Source: Halobacteriales archaeon (GTDB lineage Archaea; Halobacteriota; Halobacteria; Halobacteriales; SKSH01). From it: a DNA stretch of 64,000 bases. Under the pieces are notes generated by a model. That model made no database searches. It was not told the origin of the DNA and worked only from the letters and a program-made list of their open reading frames with translations. Shown piece after piece: positions 48,662-58,818 of the stretch (positions are counted from its first letter, which is position 1; every line of letters begins with the position of its first letter). The stretch covers positions 582-64,581 of the forward strand of contig SKSD01000010.1 in assembly GCA_007118145.1 (NCBI GenBank). The letters are read 5' to 3'. The translations under genes were made by a program, and so were the position numbers.

Positions 48662-49681
48662 TCACCTCTCCTCGGTGGTGGCGATCGTCTCAAAGATGTG
48701 ATGGTATGAACTCGCGATATCTGCCCAGGTCCGTTGATCGAGCGATTCCGTGAGTGCATCCACATAGGCCTGCCGGGTCGAGTCATCACGCAACGTCTCA
48801 AGTGTCTCGCAGATTGCCTCTGGTGTGGGCGGGGTGAAGACGAGCTCGTTGTCTGCATACCATCGCGAGAGTTCACCTGGTTGGGCGATGACGGGGATAC
48901 CTGCAGCAGCGTACTCCTTGAGCTTGAGCGGTTGCTCAGCATCCTTGAAGCAAAAACCCACGTCTGCATGTGCGAGGAAGCCCGGCATGAGTTCGTACGC
49001 GAATGCACCAGGATAGTACACATTATCGAGCGATGCAGCACCCTCGCGAACCTCCGCGACGAGCTTTCCCTCACCGACGAAGACGAACTGCCAGTCTGTC
49101 GCCTCCCTCGCAGACTCGATGATATCCACGATATGGTAGCTGTGAGAAAAGCCGCCGAGGTAGATAGCGACCGGCCTATCAAGTGAGACACCAGCTGCGT
49201 TGAGGATGTCGGCGGCCTCATCGATCACGTCCTGCTCAGGCCGTGCGAACGCTTCATGATCGACGACGTTCGGCAGTCTGACACCGTCGATACCCCTCTT
49301 TTTCGCCTCATCGAATGAGGATTCATAGACGAAGACCGCTGCATCAGCCCTGGTGAGGAATCGCCACTCCAGCCACTCGAAGATGGGTCGAAGCGGCCAC
49401 GGAATGTAGTCGATATCCGAGATAGGGTCGCTCACATCGCCGAGGATGGGTAGCCCACGAAGTCTTGCGATCGGGTAACCGATGAACAACCCCATCCTGA
49501 CGTTGCCAGCGATGATATCGTACTCGCCGGTGAGTGCCTCCCATATCGCCCCAGGTGCGTCGAACAAGCTGGCATCACGGATGGTCACCTCATAGCCCTC
49601 AGCAATGAGGTATGATGCGATTCGCTCGCGACGCACACTGATATGGTCACCTTTCGACGGTCGTAACCAGAGGATCCTCAT
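48662..49681 (-). CDS. GT-B glycosyltransferase (GT4-like)
   Basis: LPNVVD, YLGG, FVGEG, PLKLKEYAAAGIPVI. Confidence 0.85.
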   Translation of the reverse strand: MRILWLRPSKGDHISVRRERIASYLIAEGYEVTIRDASLFDAPGAIWEALTGEYDIIAGNVRMGLFIGYPIARLRGLPILGDVSDPISDIDYIPWPLRPIFEWLEWRFLTRADAAVFVYESSFDEAKKRGIDGVRLPNVVDHEAFARPEQDVIDEAADILNAAGVSLDRPVAIYLGGFSHSYHIVDIIESAREATDWQFVFVGEGKLVAEVREGAASLDNVYYPGAFAYELMPGFLAHADVGFCFKDAEQPLKLKEYAAAGIPVIAQPGELSRWYADNELVFTPPTPEAICETLETLRDDSTRQAYVDALTESLDQRTWADIASSYHHIFETIATTEER

Positions 49682-49724
49682 CGCTCACCTCCCTGTTTAG
49701 AAAGTAGCTTCCAGCGTGTAGGCA

Positions 49725-50867
49725 TCAGTCGAACGCCTCGCGAAGCTCAGCCTCGGGTTCCCACATGCCATCCGCATCGTACACGACCAATTTCACTCCT
49801 GCGACGATGAGCGATACCTGTGTATCGATGAATGAGTACAGAAATTGTAACGGACCGAGCAGGTCACGTTGACCCACGAGTACGAACACACCGAGTGCAA
49901 TCGGTACGGCCATGCCAAGGGCACCGAACTCCAGGAGGCTCACCACCACGGTGGTGAACACAGCCAGCGCGAGTAACCATGGCGAGATCACCATGAACCA
50001 CCAGTTCAACGGGAGCACCACCTTGCCGTACCTCCCATGGTGGCCGATGGCATCGCGGTTGGCACCCAACAACCTGAGCAACCCCATCGCACGGCGGTCC
50101 TTCTGTCGTCGCCTGGCGAGGATTCCTGATCTCGATGCCTCCTCAAACTGCATCGACGGGTCGAATATCACGCGCTTTCCCTGCCTACGGATGTTCACCG
50201 CGAACTCGGTATCATCAGCGAGTGATCGGGGGTCGAGCGGCTCGAGATACGTTGTCCGATACGCCGAGAATGGTCCGTGGAAGATGAATGTCGAGTCGAG
50301 GTGTGACTCAAGTGCCTGCACCCGGTCGAGCATACCACGATAGCCAGATTCGACGGCACTCCCCCCGATGACCTCGGCGTGACGGCCGGTCACCCCGCCG
50401 ATATCGTCATCGGCGAAGTTCGACACCGCCTCGGCGATCCCATCTCTGGCGATCGACGAATCACAGTCGGTACGCACGACGATCTCATGTTCGATGTGTT
50501 CGAGGGCAGTGTTGATGGCACTCGCCACACCACGGCGTTCGTCCTCACGGATGAGCGTCAGCGTTGGCGAGGAACGCCCTTCGAAAAATGCTTCGACAAG
50601 ATCCGGTGTGGCGTCATCACTCGAGTCAACAATCACCACCTGTAGCTTCTCAGCTGGATACGCAAGATCGACCAGTTCCTGAAGTTTTCGCTCGATGATA
50701 CGCTCCTCATTGTATGTTGGGAGGAGGATGCTCACCGATGGCTCGATCGGTGACTTATCAGCCGGTGATCCCTCGGGTCTGATGAGTGCGAGGCCGATGA
50801 GAACGAAAAGATATGGGATCGAAATGATGGCAAACAACACACCCACCACGACCCAGAGATCGACCAT
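49725..50867 (-). CDS. Membrane GT2 glycosyltransferase
   Basis: LPTYNEE, VIVDSSDD, RTDCDS, LADD, QKDRR; start set at ATG 50867. Confidence 0.87.
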   Translation of the reverse strand: MVDLWVVVGVLFAIISIPYLFVLIGLALIRPEGSPADKSPIEPSVSILLPTYNEERIIERKLQELVDLAYPAEKLQVVIVDSSDDATPDLVEAFFEGRSSPTLTLIREDERRGVASAINTALEHIEHEIVVRTDCDSSIARDGIAEAVSNFADDDIGGVTGRHAEVIGGSAVESGYRGMLDRVQALESHLDSTFIFHGPFSAYRTTYLEPLDPRSLADDTEFAVNIRRQGKRVIFDPSMQFEEASRSGILARRRQKDRRAMGLLRLLGANRDAIGHHGRYGKVVLPLNWWFMVISPWLLALAVFTTVVVSLLEFGALGMAVPIALGVFVLVGQRDLLGPLQFLYSFIDTQVSLIVAGVKLVVYDADGMWEPEAELREAFD

Positions 50868-50970
50868 ATGCGCAAAGAATAGGTGATTGATGAAAAGCCT
50901 CTCTACCTCAGTTACCTCTGGTCTGAGTGAGACCATCGGCAGTTTTTAAGTCACGGGGTGGCATCGCATA

Positions 50971-51711
50971 GTGATGAGCGAGATGGATACGTGGGACACC
51001 GTCTTTCACGAACACGTGTCCGCTGAGGATATCGAGCGGAGTGCTACACTCCAATCACTCGATGCGATCTACCCTCAGGTTCACAGGCTGGCAGCAGATA
51101 CAGACAGTATCAATTCGATACTCGATATCGGCTGTCGAAACGGGGCGTTCGCCAGCGCCATCGGAGCTTACCTCGAGGTAGATCAGCTCTATGGGGTCGA
51201 TATCGATCCATCGATGGTCGACTTGGCGACTTCAAACGGTATCGAGGCATACGCCCTCGATGTCGAGGACGAGCAGTTCCCACTGGACGATGACTCGATC
51301 GACGCCGTCATCTCGTTCGGGCTACTCGAACACCTGCGCTACTATGATCACCTGTTCGATGAGATCACGCGAGTCTCTCCAGATGGCTGGTTCTGGCTCT
51401 CGTCGCCGAATCTCGGGGGATGGAACAACCGACTCGCCCTGTTGCTCGGCTACCAACCACGTAACGTCGAGGTGAGCCAACGACGTGCGGTCGGGACGCT
51501 ATCGATGTATGACCCCGACGAGGCACTCGACCACGTCCATGCACCGACATATCGTGCATTGAGAGAGCTCCTCGACCTCTACGGCTACCGTATCGAGCAT
51601 ACAGCAACACTCACGCCATATCGACGGACACGGTTGGTCACCATACTCGATCTGACACTTGGATGGCGGGCATCGTGGGCCAGACGGCTGGCTGTGCTCG
51701 CCAAGCGCTAG
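50971..51711 (+). CDS. Class I SAM-dependent methyltransferase
   Basis: ILDIGCRNG, YGVDI, DAVISFGLLEHL, SPN. Confidence 0.88.
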   Translation: MMSEMDTWDTVFHEHVSAEDIERSATLQSLDAIYPQVHRLAADTDSINSILDIGCRNGAFASAIGAYLEVDQLYGVDIDPSMVDLATSNGIEAYALDVEDEQFPLDDDSIDAVISFGLLEHLRYYDHLFDEITRVSPDGWFWLSSPNLGGWNNRLALLLGYQPRNVEVSQRRAVGTLSMYDPDEALDHVHAPTYRALRELLDLYGYRIEHTATLTPYRRTRLVTILDLTLGWRASWARRLAVLAKR

Positions 51712-51834
51712 GCAAGGCACAGCTTTGAGAACACGCACAGAGGGATGCCCCCGGTACAGTGACTGTCACGGTTCAGGCGGGATCGCCGACTGTATCCAGA
51801 AGTCTTAATGACATCTTCCCCCTTCGGACGGCCA

Positions 51835-54800
51835 ATGAGCGCTGATGCTGACCGCTCCCAGGGTGTCAAGGCGGAGGATGTCGTTGATTCCCTCCGGGAA
51901 CGGTATCACTACCTGGTCCTCGCCGCGCTGATGGGGTTCATGCTCGGTGTGCGACTCATGCCTTTCGATCGCTTCTCTGTCGACGGTGGACTGCGCCTCC
52001 AGGCAGTCGACTCGTACTATCACTGGCGGACGACCGAGTGGACGGTCAACAACTTCCCCTTCACGATGCCGTATGACGTGTTCACCGGCTACCCCACCGG
52101 GCGATACGTCGGCCAGTTCGGGACGCTGTTCGACCAGTTCATCGCCACCCTCGCCATGATCATCGGCCTGGGTTCACCCAGCGAATCCAATATCCTGCTC
52201 GCTGTTCTCATCGGTGTACCCATTATCGCGACGCTGGTGGCCATCCCGGTCTACCTGATCGGTGCGCGTCTCAGTGGCCGGCTGGGTGGTCTCGTTGGTG
52301 TGGCCATCTTGGCATTCGTCCCCGGACAGTTCCTCACCAGGTCGACGGCCGGTCAGTTCCAACACCACGCGGCTGAGGTGTTGTTCATGGCCATCTCGAT
52401 ATTCGTCATGATGCTCGCGTTGCGTGTCGCCGAGCGTGAGAAACCGGTATTCGAGTTGGTCGTCGACCGTGACTGGGACGCACTGCGGCGACCGGCTGCA
52501 TTCAGCGCTGTGGCAGGTATTGCCCTTGGCATGTACATGTGGATATGGCCTCCCGGTGTCGTCCTCGTGGGCATCCTGGGCTTTTTCTTCATCGTGGCGA
52601 TAGCCGTCGATCACGTCAGGGGTGTCTCACCGGAGCCCATCGCGTTCGTCGGTGCGGTCAGTCTGGCCGTCACCGGTGTGATGACGCTTGTCTTGCTCGA
52701 GGTATGGACGGTGACGAGTGTGACGAGTATGGGTCTGCTCCAACCACTCCTCGCACTGCTCGTCGCCGGGGGGTGTGTCGTCATGGCCGGGCTGTCGAGG
52801 GTATGGTATCGCCGAAGGCTCAACCCACTCGGCTACCCGGCCGCTGTCGCGGGGGCTGCAGTGGTCGGCCTCGCGCTCGTCTATCTGGTGTTACCCGATC
52901 TGTACTCCATTTTGATGAACAACCTGACCGGGCGACTCCTCCCGTTCGATCCCAGCATCAGGGCAGGGACGATCTCCGAGGCACGCCCGCCTGATGACCC
53001 ATCGCAGTTCCTCTTCGACGAGTTCGGGCTCGCGTTTTTCACCATGCTCGTCGGGCTCGGTGCCCTCCTTGCCCGACCATTCGGTGGCAAGTCGTATCGA
53101 GCTGAACACACGCTCATCATCATCTGGTCAGTCTTCCTGATCAGTATGACGCTCACTCAGGTGCGATTCGCCTACTATCTCGTCCTCGCGGTGGCCGTCG
53201 TCAACGCCTACCTCTTCGGTGCCGCACTGGACTGGTTCGACCTCAGTTCGTTCGATCACATCCGCGATATCAAGGGCTATCAGGTACTCTCCTTGCTCAT
53301 CATCTTCATGGTACTTTTCGTCCCATTGTTGCCGCCTATCGCCTCGACATCGGCAGTCGATGTCGGCCAGGCAGCCGGGCCATCGGACGATGGTATCGTC
53401 TGGAACGAGGCGAACGACTTCCTGCGATCGAGCTCGCCGACTCCGGGTGACTGGGGTGAGCACTCGAACGCTGGAGATCTCGAGTACCTCGGTTGGTACG
53501 ACCATCCTGGTGGTGATGGGTACGACTATCCACCGGGAAGTTACGGTGTGATGTCATGGTGGGACTATGGCCACCTGATCACGACACAGGCGAACCGGAT
53601 CCCACACGCCAACCCGTTCCAGCAAAACGCAGCCTCAGCAGCATCCTATCTCCTCGCTAACGATGAAGAGCGTGCAGAGTTAATCCTTGATGCGATTGAG
53701 GCGAGTGGGGATGGTGTCGGCCATCTCAACGATGCAGAGTTACAGGCGATCGTCGATGAGCACGACGGTGAGTTGACCACCGACATGCGGTACGTCATGA
53801 TCGACGACCAGATGGTCGGTGGCAAGTTCGCCGCGAAAACACAGTGGACGGGTGATGGCTTTGCGCCATACCTCGATGAGGACCAATTCGAATTCCGTGG
53901 ACAGAACGAGACGCTACTCACCGCCGGTCAGGCATACTGGGAGACCATCATGGTGCAGCTGTATCGCAATGATGGCCAGGGCCTCGAGCACTACCGCCTC
54001 GTCCATGAGGTCGACCAGTTCTCGATCGTCGGCGGTATCCTCGCCGGTGGGCAGGTGAACACCCTCGCCTCACTCCGCATCGAGGGTGGCTGGGAACAGG
54101 TACAACAGGCCGATTTCGCCCTTCAACAGAGCAATCAACAGGGGATCATCAACGAGGACCTCATTCCAGGTTTTGGCTTCTATGATGCTGGCGTGTACTC
54201 GTCTGTCAAGACGTTCGAGCGTGTCGAGGGGGCGACCCTCAGTGGGACGGTCAGTGACGTGAACAACTCTGTGCTCGTCCAGGTCGAACTCGAGACGAAC
54301 ACCAACCGTACCTTCACGTACGTGAACTTCGCCGAGCCCGATGATGACGGTCACTGGAACCTCACCGTCCCGTATGCGACATCGAACGAGCTCGGTCCGG
54401 AAGATGGCTACACCGACACGGCCGTAGAGGCACTTGGCTCGTACACCATCTATGAGGCGGAGCACCCACACCTGGTCGACCAGTTCGGCTTCCCACTTGA
54501 CGGTATCGCCCACGTCAACGTCTCCGAGCAGGCTATCTACGATGGTGAAGAGATCGATGTTGAGTTCTCCGAGCCGGCGAACTTCGCGATCGATGAGATG
54601 AGTGCACCAATGTCGGTCGATATCAACGAGACGTTTCAGGTGAGTACCACCATCACGAACACCGGTGGTGTGAGCGACGAACAGACGGTCTGGTTACAAG
54701 TCGGTGGGGACTTCGTCCAGGACCAATCGATCACCCTTGAGCCGGGTGAGAGTACGACCATCACGTTCGATCACGCGATCGAGGAGGAGGGTCAGTATCA

Positions 54801-54930
54801 ACTCGGAATCGTCACGGATGATGGAAGTCGTAACGTCGGTATCACCGTCGGTGACCCACCGATCGACGACAATGATGACGACGAGAACGCCGATTCGATG
54901 TCTGCCGTCCCGATCGGACGGGTGATCTGA
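51835..54930 (+). CDS. aglB: Oligosaccharyltransferase (STT3 homolog) with a C-terminal CARDB-like extension
   Basis: AVDSYYHWR, GQFGTLFD, QHHAAE, TISEA, QVRFAYY, SWWDYGH, ANPFQQ, VKTFERVEGA. Confidence 0.95.
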   Translation: MSADADRSQGVKAEDVVDSLRERYHYLVLAALMGFMLGVRLMPFDRFSVDGGLRLQAVDSYYHWRTTEWTVNNFPFTMPYDVFTGYPTGRYVGQFGTLFDQFIATLAMIIGLGSPSESNILLAVLIGVPIIATLVAIPVYLIGARLSGRLGGLVGVAILAFVPGQFLTRSTAGQFQHHAAEVLFMAISIFVMMLALRVAEREKPVFELVVDRDWDALRRPAAFSAVAGIALGMYMWIWPPGVVLVGILGFFFIVAIAVDHVRGVSPEPIAFVGAVSLAVTGVMTLVLLEVWTVTSVTSMGLLQPLLALLVAGGCVVMAGLSRVWYRRRLNPLGYPAAVAGAAVVGLALVYLVLPDLYSILMNNLTGRLLPFDPSIRAGTISEARPPDDPSQFLFDEFGLAFFTMLVGLGALLARPFGGKSYRAEHTLIIIWSVFLISMTLTQVRFAYYLVLAVAVVNAYLFGAALDWFDLSSFDHIRDIKGYQVLSLLIIFMVLFVPLLPPIASTSAVDVGQAAGPSDDGIVWNEANDFLRSSSPTPGDWGEHSNAGDLEYLGWYDHPGGDGYDYPPGSYGVMSWWDYGHLITTQANRIPHANPFQQNAASAASYLLANDEERAELILDAIEASGDGVGHLNDAELQAIVDEHDGELTTDMRYVMIDDQMVGGKFAAKTQWTGDGFAPYLDEDQFEFRGQNETLLTAGQAYWETIMVQLYRNDGQGLEHYRLVHEVDQFSIVGGILAGGQVNTLASLRIEGGWEQVQQADFALQQSNQQGIINEDLIPGFGFYDAGVYSSVKTFERVEGATLSGTVSDVNNSVLVQVELETNTNRTFTYVNFAEPDDDGHWNLTVPYATSNELGPEDGYTDTAVEALGSYTIYEAEHPHLVDQFGFPLDGIAHVNVSEQAIYDGEEIDVEFSEPANFAIDEMSAPMSVDINETFQVSTTITNTGGVSDEQTVWLQVGGDFVQDQSITLEPGESTTITFDHAIEEEGQYQLGIVTDDGSRNVGITVGDPPIDDNDDDENADSMSAVPIGRVI

Positions 54931-54941
54931 TCAGCGCTGAT

Positions 54942-55868
54942 ATGCGGGCGTTAGCGACCGTCCTGCTCAAGGGTGCGGCCATGGGCGTGGCCGAGATCAT
55001 CCCTGGTATCTCAGGTGGGACGATCGCGTTAATCACCGGCATCTACGACCGTCTGGTCGCCGCTATCGCTGCCTTACACCCCCGACCGCTTGGCCACCTC
55101 CCGTATCTCCATCACCGTGCCCACCGCACAGCCTTCATCGAGGAGCTCCGGTCGATGGATATCGGTTTCCTCATCACCCTCGGCCTCGGGATGGCCGCGA
55201 TGGTCATCATCCTGGCACGGGCCATCGAGCGATTGTTCGAGCTCGCCCCTGGTGCCACATACGCATTCTTCGCCGGGTTGATCGGTGCCTCTGCGATCAT
55301 CCTCTACAAGGAGGTACAAATCGACACACCGTTGCGAATCGCCCTGGCCATCGTGGCAGCTGCCCTAGCGTTTATCTTGAGTGGTCTCGCGGCTGACGGA
55401 CTCGGGCATAGCCTACCAGTCTTGTTCATCGCCGGGGCGATCGCCATCACGGCACTTGTACTCCCCGGTGTCTCAGGCTCGTTCCTCCTGCTGGCGATGG
55501 GGCAGTATGAGTACATGCTCGGCGTGTTGAACGACTTTGTCGACACCGTCCACGGGCTGTTGACCGGTGGGGCATCGCTCGGTACCCTCGGCGACGCTGG
55601 TGTCCCCGTGGGCGTCTTCCTCACCGGTGCCGTCCTCGGGTTGGTGACGATCGCGCATGTCGTCAATTACGCGCTCAGGCGGGCTCGAGAGTTGACACTC
55701 ATCGTACTGATCAGTCTCATGGTCGGCTCGCTTCGCGTGCCGGGAGAGGAGGTCATCGATACGTATCAGCCGGGATTACGCTGGCTTAGCATCATCATGG
55801 TGGCCGGTCTCGTCGGTGTCGGTGCGATCTTACTGCTTGATTACTATACTGACGACCTCGCCTACTGA
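54942..55868 (+). CDS. DUF368 family protein (polyprenyl-phosphate translocase family)
   Basis: KGAAMG.AE.IPGISGGTIALITGIYDRL and second repeat LVLPGVSGS..LL..GQY. Confidence 0.9.
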   Translation: MRALATVLLKGAAMGVAEIIPGISGGTIALITGIYDRLVAAIAALHPRPLGHLPYLHHRAHRTAFIEELRSMDIGFLITLGLGMAAMVIILARAIERLFELAPGATYAFFAGLIGASAIILYKEVQIDTPLRIALAIVAAALAFILSGLAADGLGHSLPVLFIAGAIAITALVLPGVSGSFLLLAMGQYEYMLGVLNDFVDTVHGLLTGGASLGTLGDAGVPVGVFLTGAVLGLVTIAHVVNYALRRARELTLIVLISLMVGSLRVPGEEVIDTYQPGLRWLSIIMVAGLVGVGAILLLDYYTDDLAY

Positions 55869-55886
55869 ACAGGGCTATGGGGGCGA

Positions 55887-57203
55887 TCACCCGGGGACGA
55901 TACGGACGACACGGTCGTCGCCATCGCGTGGGAAGCCATCACCGGCACGACCATCGAGATTCGAGGTACACGCATAGAGCGTACCATCCGGTGCGGCTTC
56001 GAGATGGCGTATACGACCGATCTCGTCATGTAAGACCGTGTGTGCCGTCACTGTGAACGCAGGATCGAGATACGCATCATCGAACGTCTGTCCGCCTGAG
56101 GGGGTGGTGCCCTCAGGTGGGGTCAGTGTCAGGAGATACAGTCGCTGTGAGACGAGGCCTGAAACGAGGAACCGGTGTTGCCATGATGGGATGACATCAC
56201 CGGTGTACCATGTCGCACCGGAGGGTGCCCAGGCGCTATCCTCGGTATGGACAAGCGGGGGGACGACCCATGGGTGGTCCTCGTACCTGCCGTACTGTTC
56301 GTCCTCGTCTGGATCATCATCTGGCCCGCCTCTGACATCGTCCCAGCCGTAGTCACACCCGGCATAGAGCAACGACACCTCGTCACGGAGAAACGGACCG
56401 TGCTCTGAGATGATGGGGAGGTCGTCATCGATCCAGTCGATACCCTGAACGTTCCGGTGACCACCGGTGAAGATACGAGGATCACCGTCGATATCGGGGT
56501 TATCAGGGGCTGGCTCACCCTCCCGGTCGATGCGAAGTACCTTACCGGCGAGGGAATCTGGATCTCGTGCCAACCCCGGTTCGTCGGCATCGCCAGTCGT
56601 CACCCAGAGGTACCCCTCGGGGCCGAAACGGAGTCGTCCACCGTTGTGCACGTTCGCCGCTGGGATACCATCAAGCACGACCTCCGCGCTCTCGCCTGGG
56701 TGTGTCGACTCGAGATCATACCTGACGACACGGTTTTCCAGCTCTCCCACGTTCGCGGTATAGTAGACGAACAGCTCGGAGTCATCAGGTGAGACGGCGA
56801 TGCCGAGGGTGCCACCCTCACCACCTTGTACCCACCAGCCATCCTCGGCCGTCTCCGCGTCGATCGCGTCCGCCGGCGTGACAATTTCATCGATATCCGA
56901 CTCGGCAAAGTGAAGCACCTGACCGGTGCGTTCGGTCAGGAAGAGATCACCATCGTTCGTGAACGCGATATCCCACGGTATCTCGAGATCGGTGAGCACC
57001 GTCTCGACAGAGATGTCTGCCGTCGGTGTCGCAGTAGGGAGATCGATATCCACACTCGGTGGTCCGACCTCCTCGAACGATACCCATGCCTCAGGCCGAG
57101 GACTCGGGTCGAATCCGTTATCATCACCGAGACAACCGGCGATCGCGGCTGACCCGATCGCCGCGAGCAAGCCACGTCGGGCGACATGGAACGGGCGGGA
57201 CAT
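55887..57203 (-). CDS. PQQ-dependent sugar (glucose/sorbosone) dehydrogenase family Tat lipoprotein
   Basis: ARRGLL + IAGC; PWDIAF..TERTG, GEGG.LGIA, HNGGRL.FGP, GKVLRI, GHRNVQG, WAPSG. Confidence 0.9.
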   Translation of the reverse strand: MSRPFHVARRGLLAAIGSAAIAGCLGDDNGFDPSPRPEAWVSFEEVGPPSVDIDLPTATPTADISVETVLTDLEIPWDIAFTNDGDLFLTERTGQVLHFAESDIDEIVTPADAIDAETAEDGWWVQGGEGGTLGIAVSPDDSELFVYYTANVGELENRVVRYDLESTHPGESAEVVLDGIPAANVHNGGRLRFGPEGYLWVTTGDADEPGLARDPDSLAGKVLRIDREGEPAPDNPDIDGDPRIFTGGHRNVQGIDWIDDDLPIISEHGPFLRDEVSLLYAGCDYGWDDVRGGPDDDPDEDEQYGRYEDHPWVVPPLVHTEDSAWAPSGATWYTGDVIPSWQHRFLVSGLVSQRLYLLTLTPPEGTTPSGGQTFDDAYLDPAFTVTAHTVLHDEIGRIRHLEAAPDGTLYACTSNLDGRAGDGFPRDGDDRVVRIVPG

Positions 57204-57242
57204 GATAGAGACTTCGGGGAATATCCGGTAAAAGGCCTTGCG

Positions 57243-57614
57243 TTAACGATCGACCACCGGTCGGAAACGGTACCCGTCCCACGACTGACTGGCCGGGTAG
57301 CGGATACCTGCCTCGGGGTCGCGCAACCGTTCGACATGCACCGCTTCGACACTGTCACCGATGGCTATCTCATCCGTCGTCAGGCCACCGATGACCGACA
57401 CCGGGCCGGCATCGGTCTCGAACCTGACGATGGCGATCGGGTTCGGTGATCGGACACCTGGTGGGGTGGCCGTCGAGACGGTCCAGGTGATGACCTCACC
57501 GATTCGGTCGGTGAGCTCGACCGGTGTGTCCACCGTCGACTGGCATACGCGACACCGAGGGTGTCGGGGGTACATCACGTGGCCCTGTTCACACACCCAG
57601 GCCTGTAGGGTCAT
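57243..57614 (-). CDS. DUF35 Zn-ribbon/OB-fold small subunit of haloarchaeal beta-ketothiolase
   Basis: CEQGH..YP.H..CRVC, GEVITWT..ATPPGV; ATGA overlap with the thiolase stop; start 57614. Confidence 0.88.
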   Translation of the reverse strand: MTLQAWVCEQGHVMYPRHPRCRVCQSTVDTPVELTDRIGEVITWTVSTATPPGVRSPNPIAIVRFETDAGPVSVIGGLTTDEIAIGDSVEAVHVERLRDPEAGIRYPASQSWDGYRFRPVVDR

Positions 57615-58765
57615 GTGACAGCCTCCATGATCGTCGTCGTCACGCAGTTTCCGAACCCCCCGACGTTGCACGCGAGACCGGCAGCGGCATCCACCTGTCG
57701 TGGCCCAGCCCCACCGGTGAGCTGTCGATACAGCTCATCGACCTGAGCCACGCCGGTCGCACCAAGGGGATGACCCTTCGACTTCAGACCACCAGAGGTG
57801 TTGACCGGTAACGAACCAGTCCGGTCGGTGACTCCCTCATCGACCGCCTCCCAGCCCGAACCGGGTTCGAACCAGCCGATCGCCTCGGTCTGCAATACCT
57901 CGAGAATGGTGAACATATCATGTAACTCCGCCACCTCGATCGCATCCCTGTCAAGACCCGCCATATCGAAGGCGCGGTCAGCGCTCGATGCGACCGCACC
58001 GAGGTGCGTTGGCTCAGCCCGTTCATGTACCACATGGGTATCGGTCGCCCCAGCGATACCGGAGATCACACAGTACGCATCAGTATACGAAGCAGCGACC
58101 GATTCAGGGCATAACAACACCGCTGCGGACCCGTCGGTGATCGGGCAAAAGTCATACAGTCGAAGTGGGTCGGCCACGATGGGTGATTCGAGGACCGTCT
58201 CGATGTCGACCTCCTTCCTGAACTGGGCGTGTGGGTTGTCGACACCATGGCGGTGATTCTTCACCGCAACCTTGGCCAGTGCATCACGAGGTGCGTCATA
58301 TCGGTCGAGATAGCGCCGTGCGACCATCCCCGCAAAGCTCGGGAGTGTCACGCCGTGTTTGTACTCCACCGGGTGAGTGAGTGAGGCGATGATATCGGTG
58401 GACTGGGCGGTCGTGCGGTGTGTCATCTTCTCAGCACCGACCAGGAGGGTCATCTCACTCGCCCCACTGGCTACAGACTGCCAGGCAGCGAACAGACCAG
58501 CCCCTCCGCTCGCACTCGTCTGATCGATCCTGGCACCGTAGGCTCCGGTGGCACCGATCTCATCCACCAGTGCGTTGACCACACCGGATTGACCCTCGAA
58601 CTCACCACTCGCCATATTTGCCAGATAGACATGATCGAGTTCTCCAGCCCCGACGGCCACCTCTTCGAGACAGGCGAGGCCCGCCTGGGTCGCAAGCTCG
58701 ATCACCCATTCCTCGCGTTGGCCAAATGCCGTCATCGCCGAGGAGATACAGGCTACCCGTTCCAT
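57611..58765 (-). CDS. Haloarchaeal-type beta-ketothiolase large subunit (PhaA/BktB-alpha-like)
   Basis: DQTSASGG (Ser at the usual Cys position), GAEKM, CPITDG, ELHD, VNTSGGLKSKGHPLGATG. Confidence 0.9.
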   Translation of the reverse strand: MERVACISSAMTAFGQREEWVIELATQAGLACLEEVAVGAGELDHVYLANMASGEFEGQSGVVNALVDEIGATGAYGARIDQTSASGGAGLFAAWQSVASGASEMTLLVGAEKMTHRTTAQSTDIIASLTHPVEYKHGVTLPSFAGMVARRYLDRYDAPRDALAKVAVKNHRHGVDNPHAQFRKEVDIETVLESPIVADPLRLYDFCPITDGSAAVLLCPESVAASYTDAYCVISGIAGATDTHVVHERAEPTHLGAVASSADRAFDMAGLDRDAIEVAELHDMFTILEVLQTEAIGWFEPGSGWEAVDEGVTDRTGSLPVNTSGGLKSKGHPLGATGVAQVDELYRQLTGGAGPRQVDAAAGLACNVGGFGNCVTTTIMEAVT

Positions 58766-58818
58766 GGCGGTGGCCTACTCAGACTGCGAATAAAGGATTG
58801 CGGGAAATCAGATCGCCC

